Shown piece by piece: positions 7,662-16,305 of a stretch of DNA of 64,000 bases. Positions within the stretch are counted from its first letter, which is position 1, and each line of letters begins with the position of its first letter. Below the pieces are notes generated by a model, which saw only the letters and a program-made list of their open reading frames with translations, did not search any database and was not told the origin of the DNA. The position numbers were made by a program, and so were the translations under genes. The stretch is taken from assembly GCA_005882335.1 (NCBI GenBank), contig VBAP01000060.1, positions 850-64,849 on the forward strand, given 5' to 3'. The DNA is from Candidatus Segetimicrobium genomatis (GTDB taxonomy: Bacteria > Sysuimicrobiota > Sysuimicrobiia > Sysuimicrobiales > Kaftiobacteriaceae).

Positions 7662-10447
7662 GTCCCCACCGCCTGACGCGGCGCGGCGCCCGGCGCCCAG
7701 CCGAGTTCCTCAAGGGCGCCGTCCAGCTCAATGACGTACGTCTGCACGCTGCGGACAAACGACTGCGCCCAGTCGTTGGCCAGGTTCTGCGCATCCCAGT
7801 ACAAGGCAGACAGCGTTCGACACACCGTCCCGCAGTAGGCGAGCTCCCGCCAAGCCTCCAGGCTTACGTCCGGCCAGCGATCGCGCACCGTCGACCAGTA
7901 GGTCGAGATGTCGGGATTCGCCGACAACCGGTGCGACGGTACGGTGAGCTGGGCCAGGTCCACGGCGGGGACGCCCCAGCCGGCATGCTCCCAGTCGAAG
8001 ACGACCACGGCCGTGTCTCCATCCGCGGAGCGCAGGCGCATGTTCTTGCCGCTGAAATCGCCGTGCACGAGCGTTTGCGGCATGCGGCTGCAGATCGCGT
8101 CCACCCGGCTCCAGTGCGCGGCCAGATCATCGAGACGGGCGCGGATCTCCTCGATGAAGACCACATCGTCTGGCGAGAGCACGGGATTGTCCAGGTGCTG
8201 GTGGATCAGTTCGCGAGTCGCCCGCAACAGGTCCAGATAGCGGCCTGGGCTGCCGTCGGGCAGACGCGCGGTGGCGGCCGCGCCAGCCGCCGAGCTATGC
8301 AGCAGACCGAGCCAGCGGGCGGCCAGGGCGCGGTGTTCCGGTAGGAGGTTGGAGTAGTCGGCGCCGGTCGCCTCTTCCATGAAGAGCCAGGAGTATTCGC
8401 TATCCGGTTCTTCGATGAACCCGTAGTGGTGGAGCGACGAGACCGCGGCGTGGGGGAGAATCTCTTCGTAGATGGCGCGCTCGACCAGGGCGACCGCCTT
8501 GGGGCAGCGCTTGGCGATCACCGGGGCGCCGGCCCACCCCGTCCCCTCGAGCCGGTAGACTTGATTCTTCCTCCGGCGCACCTTCAAGGGCGTGATCCGC
8601 AGCGGCTCAGCGTCCGGATACAGCCGGCACCAGGCCACCACTGCGGGATGGCGCATGAGACTCACCCGCCGTTCGGCGACCGGGGTGGGCGCAGCCGGAA
8701 TTCCTGCCGCGGCGGGAGAGAGGGTCGTGCTCGACGCAAGCCGTCCGTGCTCCAGCACGATCAGGGCGGTGCAGCGCTCGAGCAGTTGCGGCCGGTGTGT
8801 GATCAAGATGACGGTGCGGCCGCGCATCAGCCGCCGGATCGCGTCGACGATCGCCGCCTCCGCCTCCTGATCGACGGCGCTGGTCGGCTCGTCCAGGATG
8901 AGCACCGGGCTGTCTTTCAAGAACGCGCGGGCGATGGCGATGCGCTGGCGCTGCCCGCCGGAGAGCTGGACCCCACGCTCGCCCACCTGGGTCTGGTAGC
9001 CCTGGGGGAATCGAGTGATGAACTCGTGCGCGTTGGCCGCCTGGGCGGCTGCGATCACCTCGCGCTCGCTCGCACCCGGCCTGGCATACGCGATGTTTTC
9101 GGCGATGCTGACTGAGAAGAGCACGGGATCTTGCGGCACCACGGCGAACTGCTGGCGCAGATCGTCCAGCCGGTAGTCGCGGACATCGACACCGTCCAGC
9201 AGAATCTCCCCTTCCGTCGGGTCGTAGAATCGTGTGAGCACGCTGATCAGCGTGCTCTTGCCCGCGCCGGACGCGCCCGCGATCCCCAGGCGGGTGCCGG
9301 GCTCGATGGTGAACGAGATGTCGTGCAGCACGCGGCGATCGGGGCTGTAAGCGAAGGACACGTTGCGAAAGGCGATGGCCCCGGCGGCCCGGGTGAGTGG
9401 CCGGGCGTCGGGCCGCTCGACGACATCCGGCGGCTGGTCGAGCACCGCGAACGCCCGCTCGGCGGCGACCAGGTTGGCCTGAAGGCTGGCGGCTTTCCGG
9501 CTGATGGTCTTCAAGGGAGCGTACAGCTGGTTCAGATAGCCCATGACCATGAGGAGCTGGCCTAGGGTGAGCGCATTCGCGCGCACATGGCTGAGACCAA
9601 TGAACAGGACGGCGGCCGTCCCCGCGGCGGTCGTCAGGCCGACGAAGACGTTGAACTCTCCTTCCATGAATGCCTGGCGCATCCGTGCCCGCATCACATC
9701 GCCGCCGCGCCGGAGGTACCGCTGCTCCTCCCGCGCCTCCTGGCCAAAGGCCTTCACGATGCGCAGGGCGCCCAGCACTTCCTGGACGATCCCAAGCGCG
9801 GAGCTGTCGAGCTTCTTGGCTTCCCGCGACTGGCGGCGCAGGCGTCTGCGGAAGAACCGGGCGATCACGATCAATGGCGGTGAAATCGCGATGGCGATCA
9901 GCGCCAGTTGCCAGTCGATGCGGGCCATGACGTAAATCATCCCGACCAGCGTGATGCTGGAGCTGACAAACGGGATGGCGCTATCGGTCAGGACCTGCTG
10001 GATGTCGGGAACGTCGTGCTGGATCCGGTACACGGAGTCCGCGGTGCCCTTGCTGTCGTGGTAGGAGAGTGAGATCCGCTGGAGGTGGCGGAACATGTGC
10101 GTGCGGAAGTCCAAGATCATCTTTTCCTTGACGTAGTTGCCCAGGAGTGCTGCGGCGAGTTGCTGCGCCTGACCCAGCAACGTGATGGCGGCCAGGAGGC
10201 CAACGACAAACAGCAGCAAGGCAGGTGGTGAGCCCGTCACAGCCGGCGGCAGCCACCTGTCGAGCGGGCGCGGCAGGGGATGGGAGCCAATCAGGCTGTC
10301 CACGGCGATCTTCAGCGGTAGGGGGGCGAGCAGGGCAATGGGTGACGCCAGCAGGTTCAAGGTAAACATCCCCAGCATGTGGAGCCAGTAGGCCCGCGTC
10401 TGGCGGAGCACCCGGCGGAACAATACAAGATCGGTATACGTGGCCAT
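7658..10447 (-). CDS. ABC exporter (type I, TMD-NBD, MsbA/PglK-like) fused to a C-terminal APH/CotS-like kinase domain
   Basis: The N-terminal 250 aa of the 1182-aa ORF is low-complexity and overlaps the upstream gene, so it is rejected. The true start is MATYTDLVLFRR (ATG at about 10445-10447). A 6-TM domain is followed by Walker A GASGAGKST, signature LSGGQRQR and Walker B ILDEPTS. About 330 aa further on is HGDFSGKNMRL...VVFDWEHAGWG. Confidence 0.75.
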   Translation of the reverse strand: MATYTDLVLFRRVLRQTRAYWLHMLGMFTLNLLASPIALLAPLPLKIAVDSLIGSHPLPRPLDRWLPPAVTGSPPALLLFVVGLLAAITLLGQAQQLAAALLGNYVKEKMILDFRTHMFRHLQRISLSYHDSKGTADSVYRIQHDVPDIQQVLTDSAIPFVSSSITLVGMIYVMARIDWQLALIAIAISPPLIVIARFFRRRLRRQSREAKKLDSSALGIVQEVLGALRIVKAFGQEAREEQRYLRRGGDVMRARMRQAFMEGEFNVFVGLTTAAGTAAVLFIGLSHVRANALTLGQLLMVMGYLNQLYAPLKTISRKAASLQANLVAAERAFAVLDQPPDVVERPDARPLTRAAGAIAFRNVSFAYSPDRRVLHDISFTIEPGTRLGIAGASGAGKSTLISVLTRFYDPTEGEILLDGVDVRDYRLDDLRQQFAVVPQDPVLFSVSIAENIAYARPGASEREVIAAAQAANAHEFITRFPQGYQTQVGERGVQLSGGQRQRIAIARAFLKDSPVLILDEPTSAVDQEAEAAIVDAIRRLMRGRTVILITHRPQLLERCTALIVLEHGRLASSTTLSPAAAGIPAAPTPVAERRVSLMRHPAVVAWCRLYPDAEPLRITPLKVRRRKNQVYRLEGTGWAGAPVIAKRCPKAVALVERAIYEEILPHAAVSSLHHYGFIEEPDSEYSWLFMEEATGADYSNLLPEHRALAARWLGLLHSSAAGAAATARLPDGSPGRYLDLLRATRELIHQHLDNPVLSPDDVVFIEEIRARLDDLAAHWSRVDAICSRMPQTLVHGDFSGKNMRLRSADGDTAVVVFDWEHAGWGVPAVDLAQLTVPSHRLSANPDISTYWSTVRDRWPDVSLEAWRELAYCGTVCRTLSALYWDAQNLANDWAQSFVRSVQTYVIELDGALEELGWAPGAAPRQAVGT

Positions 10448-10451
10448 GGCG

Positions 10452-13091
10452 CTACCGCTTTTCCCTGTCGACGGCCTGCCGGATCGCCGCCACCGCATCA
10501 GCGCAATCGATGGACGTGCGTAGTGCGAGAAGGAGGGTGATCGCGCCGAGCACAACGGCGACCGCCGGCGCCCTGTCCTCGATCGCTTCAGCGGCCAACC
10601 CGGCGAAGGCGAGCGTCGCCGCCACCCCCGCCGGGGACCAGCGCGGCCACCAGCGATACCGGGCCAGCTGCACGCCCGCGCCGGTGTCTTCGACGGCCGC
10701 GAGCAGCCTGGCCGCGCCGAGTGTGCCGACGCAGGCTTCCAGATCCCAGCGGTCGTAGTCGCCGCCACGGCGCACGTTGGCCCCGGCCGCCTTGAGGCTG
10801 GCCTCGATGCGTTGGAGCTTGACATCGGGATCCTCCCAGCGCTCGCTCCAGACGGCAACGCGCCCGGGCAGCGGCAGCGCGATGCCGAACAGACGGTGCC
10901 GCCGCGCCCCGTTCCAAGTTGGCGGAGACGAGTCGTATTGCCGCAGCGTCGGACTGGTGACTCGGAGCGGAGCGTGTCGGCGCCATGGCGCGAGGCCGTA
11001 GTGCAGGCGGCCGGAGAGACGCGCCAGGGGCTGGAGCAGATACAACGACGCTGTGAGCATCCACCGCTTGGTTCGGCCGGCACGCGACGGAGGGACGTCG
11101 GGAAGGACAGCCCGCGCCGCGGCCAGGCAGGCCTGCGTGACCACCACAAGCACAGAGAGCGCAAACGGCAGCAGGGCGACCAGCAGCGGCCGCCACAACG
11201 CGCCAAGCGCTGAGACCATGCCGAGGAGCAGGATGACCAGGTACCATTCCGGGATCGCCGGCATCAACCACAGCGTGGCCGGCGATCGCTCGTACAGCGA
11301 TTGGTAGGGCGCGCTGCCCCAGACCCCATGGTAGATTCGTCTCAGCGGGCGAAGAAAGGATGCGGGGTTGTTGCCGTACACCCAGCCGGACCAGGTCACA
11401 TGGCCCGCGCCGTTATATCGATGGGGCCACTTTCGTGCCAGCAGCGCCTCGGCTTTGCCATACTCGCGCTGTTGCCGCCAGTACGCGCGAATGGAGTTGC
11501 GGCGGTGGTGCCAGACGACAGCCGCTGGAGAGAATCCAATCGTCCAGCCGCGCTCCCGGAGCCGCCAGCAGAGGTCGACATCGTCGCCAGCGATGCGAAA
11601 CTGTGGATCGAATCCGCCGACCCCCCGCAGGCGCTCGGTGCGGAAGGCCATGTTGCACCCCGGGATGTGCTCCGCCTCTCGATCCGAGGTGAGCACATGA
11701 ACCGGCCCGCCCGGGGCGTTCGCCACGCAGCCGGCGATGAAACCGTCGCCCGGCGGCGCGATGTTCGGCCCGCCGACCGCGGCGTGTGCCGTGGTGAGAA
11801 AGCTCGCGGCGAGATACTTGAGCCAGTGGGGATCGGGGTACGCGTCGTCGTCGATGTACGCGACGATTTCCCCAGTCGCCGCCTCCAGACCGACGTCGCG
11901 CGCGGCGGCCAGGCCGTGCTGCTCGGTGCTGATGACGCGTACGCCAAACTCGCTGGCGATGGCCGCCGTGCCGTCGGTCGAACCGTCGTCGACGACGATC
12001 ACCTCGACACTCGGATAGTCCTGCGTTCGCAGGCCCGCCAAGCAGTCGCGAATTGTGCGCGCGCCGTTGTGGGTGCAGACGATCACCGAGATGCGCGGCC
12101 ATGGCGCATGGCCTGGGAACGGAAGCTCGGTGAACACGCGCCTCACCGCGCCCAGCGCCGGTTTTGGTGTACGGTCACGACGCGTCAGGCCGAATGCCCA
12201 GTTGTCGACCTCGGCGCCGCCCCGGAACCACTCGTCGGTCCAGGCAAAGACGAACCCTCCGGCGCAGCCCGAGCCAAAGACCGAGCGGATCTGCCAGTCC
12301 AGCGTGCGCGCCTGCTCGGGCTCACCGTGCCGCAGGCTGTCCAGCCCGATCTCGCTCATCACCAGCGGGCGGTCGCCCGCGATGGTGTGCAGGCGGGCCA
12401 GGTATGCCTCAAAGCGTTCTTGGGTTTCCAGATAGACGTTGAAGCTGACCAGGTCCAGGAACGGGAGCTGCAGATACTCGGCGGTGGGGTAGTTCACGTA
12501 GGTGACGAGTCCGTCGGGATCTTCCGCCTTGACGGCCCGGAATAACCGCTCCAGGTACCGTTCCACCGGGCCGGGCCCCAGCCAGCGCACGATCGAGGCG
12601 GGTACCTCATTGCCCAGGGCGTAGCACAGGAGCGCCGGGTGGCCGGCGATGGTCCGCACTTTTTCGCGGAGCAGATCCTCGATGTCACCCATTGGCTTCT
12701 TGCGATCGATCAAAAAGCCCAGATATTGCTCCGCGGAGAGCCCCACCATGACGCGCAGGTCGTGCCGCGCCGCCGCGTCCAGCAGGGCCGTGGGGGGCGT
12801 GGTGTGCGGAATGCGCACGGCGTTCACGCCTGCCTCCGCCATCTGCGCAAAGTCGCGCTCGATGGCGTCTGGGTCATGGTATTCTTGACCTGCGGCATTG
12901 GGACGAAACGCCCCGTAGGTCACACCGCGCACGAAAAGCTTGCTGTCGCCGGCAAAGATGAACTTGCCCCGCACCTGCGGCCGGACCAGTACCGGAACGC
13001 CAGGCGGACTATGGCGGGGGATGACCGGGGCGATCGTCTGCACGGTTCGCACCACGGGCGCGGACGAGCTGGACGGAGTGGTGATCGACAC
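10452..13091 (-). CDS. Bifunctional glycoside hydrolase (TIM-barrel) / family-2 glycosyltransferase membrane protein
   Basis: 879 aa. The N-terminus (VRGVTYGAF...GVNAVRI...ALGNEVP) resembles GH5/GH2-type TIM-barrel hydrolases. The central part (ISVIVCTHNGARTIRDCL...VIVVDDGSTDGT...YIDDDAYPD) is a GT2 domain. The C-terminal region of about 250 aa has several hydrophobic spans. Confidence 0.6.
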   Translation of the reverse strand: MSITTPSSSSAPVVRTVQTIAPVIPRHSPPGVPVLVRPQVRGKFIFAGDSKLFVRGVTYGAFRPNAAGQEYHDPDAIERDFAQMAEAGVNAVRIPHTTPPTALLDAAARHDLRVMVGLSAEQYLGFLIDRKKPMGDIEDLLREKVRTIAGHPALLCYALGNEVPASIVRWLGPGPVERYLERLFRAVKAEDPDGLVTYVNYPTAEYLQLPFLDLVSFNVYLETQERFEAYLARLHTIAGDRPLVMSEIGLDSLRHGEPEQARTLDWQIRSVFGSGCAGGFVFAWTDEWFRGGAEVDNWAFGLTRRDRTPKPALGAVRRVFTELPFPGHAPWPRISVIVCTHNGARTIRDCLAGLRTQDYPSVEVIVVDDGSTDGTAAIASEFGVRVISTEQHGLAAARDVGLEAATGEIVAYIDDDAYPDPHWLKYLAASFLTTAHAAVGGPNIAPPGDGFIAGCVANAPGGPVHVLTSDREAEHIPGCNMAFRTERLRGVGGFDPQFRIAGDDVDLCWRLRERGWTIGFSPAAVVWHHRRNSIRAYWRQQREYGKAEALLARKWPHRYNGAGHVTWSGWVYGNNPASFLRPLRRIYHGVWGSAPYQSLYERSPATLWLMPAIPEWYLVILLLGMVSALGALWRPLLVALLPFALSVLVVVTQACLAAARAVLPDVPPSRAGRTKRWMLTASLYLLQPLARLSGRLHYGLAPWRRHAPLRVTSPTLRQYDSSPPTWNGARRHRLFGIALPLPGRVAVWSERWEDPDVKLQRIEASLKAAGANVRRGGDYDRWDLEACVGTLGAARLLAAVEDTGAGVQLARYRWWPRWSPAGVAATLAFAGLAAEAIEDRAPAVAVVLGAITLLLALRTSIDCADAVAAIRQAVDREKR

Positions 13092-13100
13092 GCCGCGATC

Positions 13101-14084
13101 CTACGACGTGACCAGATTTTGCTTCGGCGCCATCCTCACGAACCATGCGATCGTCCGCCGCAGTCCCTCCCGCAGCGGCACGGCGGGGGACCACCCCAAC
13201 ACGGCCTGGGCTTTCCCAATGTCCGGTCGCCGGCGCGCCGGATCGTCCTGGGGCAGGGGCAGGTGGACAATATTCGGCGTCGTTCCGACCAGCGAGGCGA
13301 CGATATCGGCCAATTCGAGGAGCGTCATCTCCTCGGGGTTGCCCAAATTGATGACCTCGCCGGCTAGGCCGTCATACGTGGCGAACCGGTAGATCCCCTC
13401 GACGAGATCGTCGACAAAACAAAAACTCCGCGTCTGCCGCCCGTCGCCATGCACCGGTAGGGGAACGCCAGACAGCGCGTGGGTGATGAACTGGGGGATG
13501 ACGCGGCCGTCGTCGGCGCGCATCCGCGGGCCATACGTGTTGAAGATCCTCAGGATGCGTGTATCCAGCGTGTTCGCGCGATGATAGGCCATCGTCAGGG
13601 CCTCGGCGAAGCGCTTCGCCTCGTCATATACACTGCGCGGACCAATCGGGTTGACATGGCCCCAGTACGATTCGGGCTGGGGATGGATTTGGGGGTCGCC
13701 GTACACCTCGCTGGTGGAGGCCAGCACGTATCGCGCCCCGCGCGCCCTGGCCAGCTCGAGGGTGAGCAAGGTGCCCACGGCATCCACTTTGAGCGTGTCG
13801 ATGGGATATCGCAGGTAGTCTTTGGGGCTGGCGGGCGAGGCAAAGTGCAGGACGAGATCGACGGGATCGTCAACGACGAACGGCTTGGTGACGTCATGCT
13901 CGATGAACCGGAACCCGCCGTCCCCGTCCAGGTGAGTCAGGTTCCCGGCCGTCCCCGTCAGCAGGTTGTCCACGCCCACGACGCGCCAGCGGTGCGCCAG
14001 GAAATGATCGCAGAGGTGCGAACCGAGAAATCCGGCCGCTCCCGTGATCAACACGGTCGCAGGAGTTGCGCGGTGCGCGTTCAT
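13101..14084 (-). CDS. uxs: UDP-glucuronate decarboxylase (UDP-xylose synthase)
   Basis: 327 aa. Contains [14 protein letters not shown] and [20 protein letters not shown]...YDEAKR, canonical for UXS/ArnA-C-type SDRs of about 320 aa. Confidence 0.85.
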   Translation of the reverse strand: MNAHRATPATVLITGAAGFLGSHLCDHFLAHRWRVVGVDNLLTGTAGNLTHLDGDGGFRFIEHDVTKPFVVDDPVDLVLHFASPASPKDYLRYPIDTLKVDAVGTLLTLELARARGARYVLASTSEVYGDPQIHPQPESYWGHVNPIGPRSVYDEAKRFAEALTMAYHRANTLDTRILRIFNTYGPRMRADDGRVIPQFITHALSGVPLPVHGDGRQTRSFCFVDDLVEGIYRFATYDGLAGEVINLGNPEEMTLLELADIVASLVGTTPNIVHLPLPQDDPARRRPDIGKAQAVLGWSPAVPLREGLRRTIAWFVRMAPKQNLVTS

Positions 14085-15424
14085 GTGCGCTCGCGTCGCG
14101 GTTCGGGGTGGAGCGACACGTCCCCGCGGCCCAGGCTGTAGTACTCAAAGCCCGCGGCCTGCATCTGCGACGGCTCGAAGAGATTCCTGCCGTCCACGAC
14201 CACGGGCGTTCGCATCAACGTCCGGATTCGGCCGAAATCGAGAGACCGGAACTCATTCCAGTCTGTGAGGATCACGAGGGCGTGGGCATCGCGGGCCGCA
14301 TCATAGGCCGACGCCACATACGAAAGGCGGTCATCGGGCGGATGGAACCGCTCGAAGTTTCGCACCGCCGCGGGATCATAGACGCGCAGAATGGCTCCGG
14401 TGCTGTGCAGCCGGGGGATCACCCCGAGGCTGGGCGCGCCCCGGATGTCGTCGGTATCGGGCTTGAACGACACACCCAGTACGCCGATGACCTTCTGCGG
14501 CAGCACCCACAGCGCGCGCTCGACCTTCCCCAGCAACCTGTCGATGCGGGCGACGTTGATGCGCTCCACCTCTTTCAGCATGCCGACGTCGACGCCGCTG
14601 CTCCCGGCTACCCTGATCAGGGCGCTGACGTCCTTGGGCAGGCAGGAACCGCCGAAGCCCAGGCCCGCGTTGAGAAAGTCGCGGCCGATGCGCGGGTCGA
14701 GGCCAATACCCTTGGCCACGGTGGTGACGTCTACATCGAGTTTCTCGCAGAGGTCCGACACCAGGTTGATGAAGGAGATCTTCGTGGCGAGAAAGGCGTT
14801 GGCCGCCTGCTTGATCAGTTCGGCCGTCGTCACGCTCGTGACGATGATCGGGCAGTCGAAGCTGGACTGGTAGAGGTCGAGGAGCAGCGACCGGGCCCGC
14901 TCGCTGTCCGCGCCGATGACGATCCGGTCCGGATGCAGAAAGTCGCGGACGGCGGAACCCTCCCGCAGAAACTCCGGATTGCTGGCGATGTCAAACTCCC
15001 GTTCCCGTCCGGCCAGCCGGCGGATCGTCCAGTCGATCCAGTGTGCCGTGCGGGCGGGAACGGTGCTCTTCTCCACGATCAGCTTGTAGCCATCCAGCAT
15101 CGACGCGATGGTGCGGGCGACTTCCTCGACCTGGGACAGGTCGGCGTGCCCATCGCTTCGGGGCGGGGTTCCCACGCAGACGAAGATCATGTCGGATGCG
15201 CACACGGCATCCTCGGCTTTCGTGGTGAAGCTGAGGCGGTCGGCCTCCAGGTTGGAGGTCAGCAACTCCTCCAGCCCGGGTTCATGAATGGTCGGCACGC
15301 CATCCGACAGGCGTGCAACGATGTCTGGATTCTTGTCGATGGCCGTGACGGTGTGCCCCAACTGCGCGAGGCACACCGACGTGACCAGTCCCGCGTATCC
15401 TGTGCCGAAGAGGCCAAGTCTCAT
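14081..15424 (-). CDS. ugd: UDP-glucose 6-dehydrogenase
   Basis: [20 protein letters not shown]...GGSCLPKD. The ATG start (15422-15424) is preferred over the GTG used by the ORF track. A GAGGAG ribosome-binding site sits just upstream. Confidence 0.9.
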   Translation of the reverse strand: MRLGLFGTGYAGLVTSVCLAQLGHTVTAIDKNPDIVARLSDGVPTIHEPGLEELLTSNLEADRLSFTTKAEDAVCASDMIFVCVGTPPRSDGHADLSQVEEVARTIASMLDGYKLIVEKSTVPARTAHWIDWTIRRLAGREREFDIASNPEFLREGSAVRDFLHPDRIVIGADSERARSLLLDLYQSSFDCPIIVTSVTTAELIKQAANAFLATKISFINLVSDLCEKLDVDVTTVAKGIGLDPRIGRDFLNAGLGFGGSCLPKDVSALIRVAGSSGVDVGMLKEVERINVARIDRLLGKVERALWVLPQKVIGVLGVSFKPDTDDIRGAPSLGVIPRLHSTGAILRVYDPAAVRNFERFHPPDDRLSYVASAYDAARDAHALVILTDWNEFRSLDFGRIRTLMRTPVVVDGRNLFEPSQMQAAGFEYYSLGRGDVSLHPEPRRERT

Positions 15425-15503
15425 ACTACTCCTCACTTATACCCCTGGAAGCGATGGAGTCCGGTGGGGAAATCCCCGGTCGATTTTGGGTAGGTTATGC
15501 ATT

Positions 15504-15528
15504 TGGGCTCATGAATATCTCAGCCTCT
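15504..15528. promoter_or_regulatory. Dyad-symmetric intergenic motif copy 1 (TGGGCTCATG-N-TCAGCCTC), 80 bp upstream of the ugd operon start
   Basis: Shares TGGGCTCATG plus TAT/TC/AGCCTCT with the copies at 25689 and 31390. Confidence 0.35.
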
Positions 15529-15697
15529 GGCGGGAAAACGCCCCGATCATCGCTCTATCAAACGGCTGACCATCCCCGGGCTCGTGTCTGGTCCAGGCGC
15601 ACAGGCCATTGAGGTCACCACCCGGACGGAACATGTCTCGAGCACTGCGAGTCGCCGTGTTCCTATGATTGCCGGCAGCTGAACGGCGTCGCGCGCG

Positions 15698-16186
15698 TCA
15701 GTTCGCGCCTGCAGCCCACGACAGATGCCGGATGGCGTCGGCCAGCCTTGTGACCGCGGTGGCCACTTCCGCCGCCTGGTAGCTACGGCCGGCCCGGTAA
15801 TGCTGCCGTGCCAGCGAGAGATACCGGATGGCCAGGGCGTAGAGCATCTGCGAGTCTCCACTCAAGCGGGCGTGATCGCCTTCTGCCAATAGCCGCTCCT
15901 GAGCGATCAGCAACTCCCGCGCTGCCCGCTCGGCGTCGAAGTCGGCCGAATCCAGTGATGGTGTCGCGGGTGTTGCGGGCGTCGCAGGCGTCCCGGGTGT
16001 CTCAGGCGCCGCGGGTGTTGCGGGTGTTGCGGGCGTGCCGGGTGTCCCAGGATGCCCCGGCCGCACGGGATGCTCGGGAGGCGATGGAGCCGTCGGCGCG
16101 TCGCGGGGAGGAGCCGCGAATCCCGCAGGGCGCAACGTTCCCGTCACCACCAGCGTCACGATCGCGAGGATGAGTACCGGTTTCAT
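15698..16186 (-). CDS. Secreted Pro/Thr-rich repeat protein (signal peptide, PGTPATPATP repeats, helical C-terminal domain)
   Basis: 162 aa. MKPVLILAIVTLVVTG signal peptide, then a PGTPGTPATPATPAAPETPGTPATPATPATP repeat. Confidence 0.6.
   Translation of the reverse strand: MKPVLILAIVTLVVTGTLRPAGFAAPPRDAPTAPSPPEHPVRPGHPGTPGTPATPATPAAPETPGTPATPATPATPSLDSADFDAERAARELLIAQERLLAEGDHARLSGDSQMLYALAIRYLSLARQHYRAGRSYQAAEVATAVTRLADAIRHLSWAAGAN
15950..16060. repeat. Imperfect tandem 9/18-nt repeats (GGTGTTGCGGGCGTCGCAGGCGTCCCG...) encoding the PGTPATP tract
   Basis: Visible direct repeats inside the CDS 15698-16186. Confidence 0.6.
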
Positions 16187-16305
16187 CCCTGTCCTCGTTT
16201 ACGAAGGCAGCGTGTTCCGTATCGTCTACCGTCTGGTGAGCGCAGCGACGAGAGATAGCCTAGACGGCCTGTCTGACATGCGGGTGATTGGAGATGACGG
16301 AATGA

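Noticed and set aside
7658-11206. 1182-aa ORF suggesting a far larger ABC protein with a 250-aa N-terminal extension
   Set aside because: The extension is low-complexity (Arg/Ser/Pro/Cys-rich) and overlaps the 3' end of the upstream GH-GT2 gene in another frame. A clean ATG (MATYTDLV) sits right at the upstream stop. The same artefact occurs at 2615-4099, 49144-51282, 53610-55496, 46612-47946 and 17688-18440.
11301-12545. Long ORFs antisense to annotated genes (e.g. 11301-12545 +, 32535-33656 -, 59754-60932 -, 46738-47727 -, 47933-48928 -)
   Set aside because: These are typical stop-poor antisense frames of high-GC coding sequence. Their translations are Arg/Ala/Gly/Pro-rich with no recognisable domains. 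The sense-strand genes have strong family signatures.
15950-16060. Possible CRISPR-like repeat array
   Set aside because: The repeats are 9-18 nt and in-frame, and they encode PGTPATP. There are no spacers, and no cas genes anywhere in the window.
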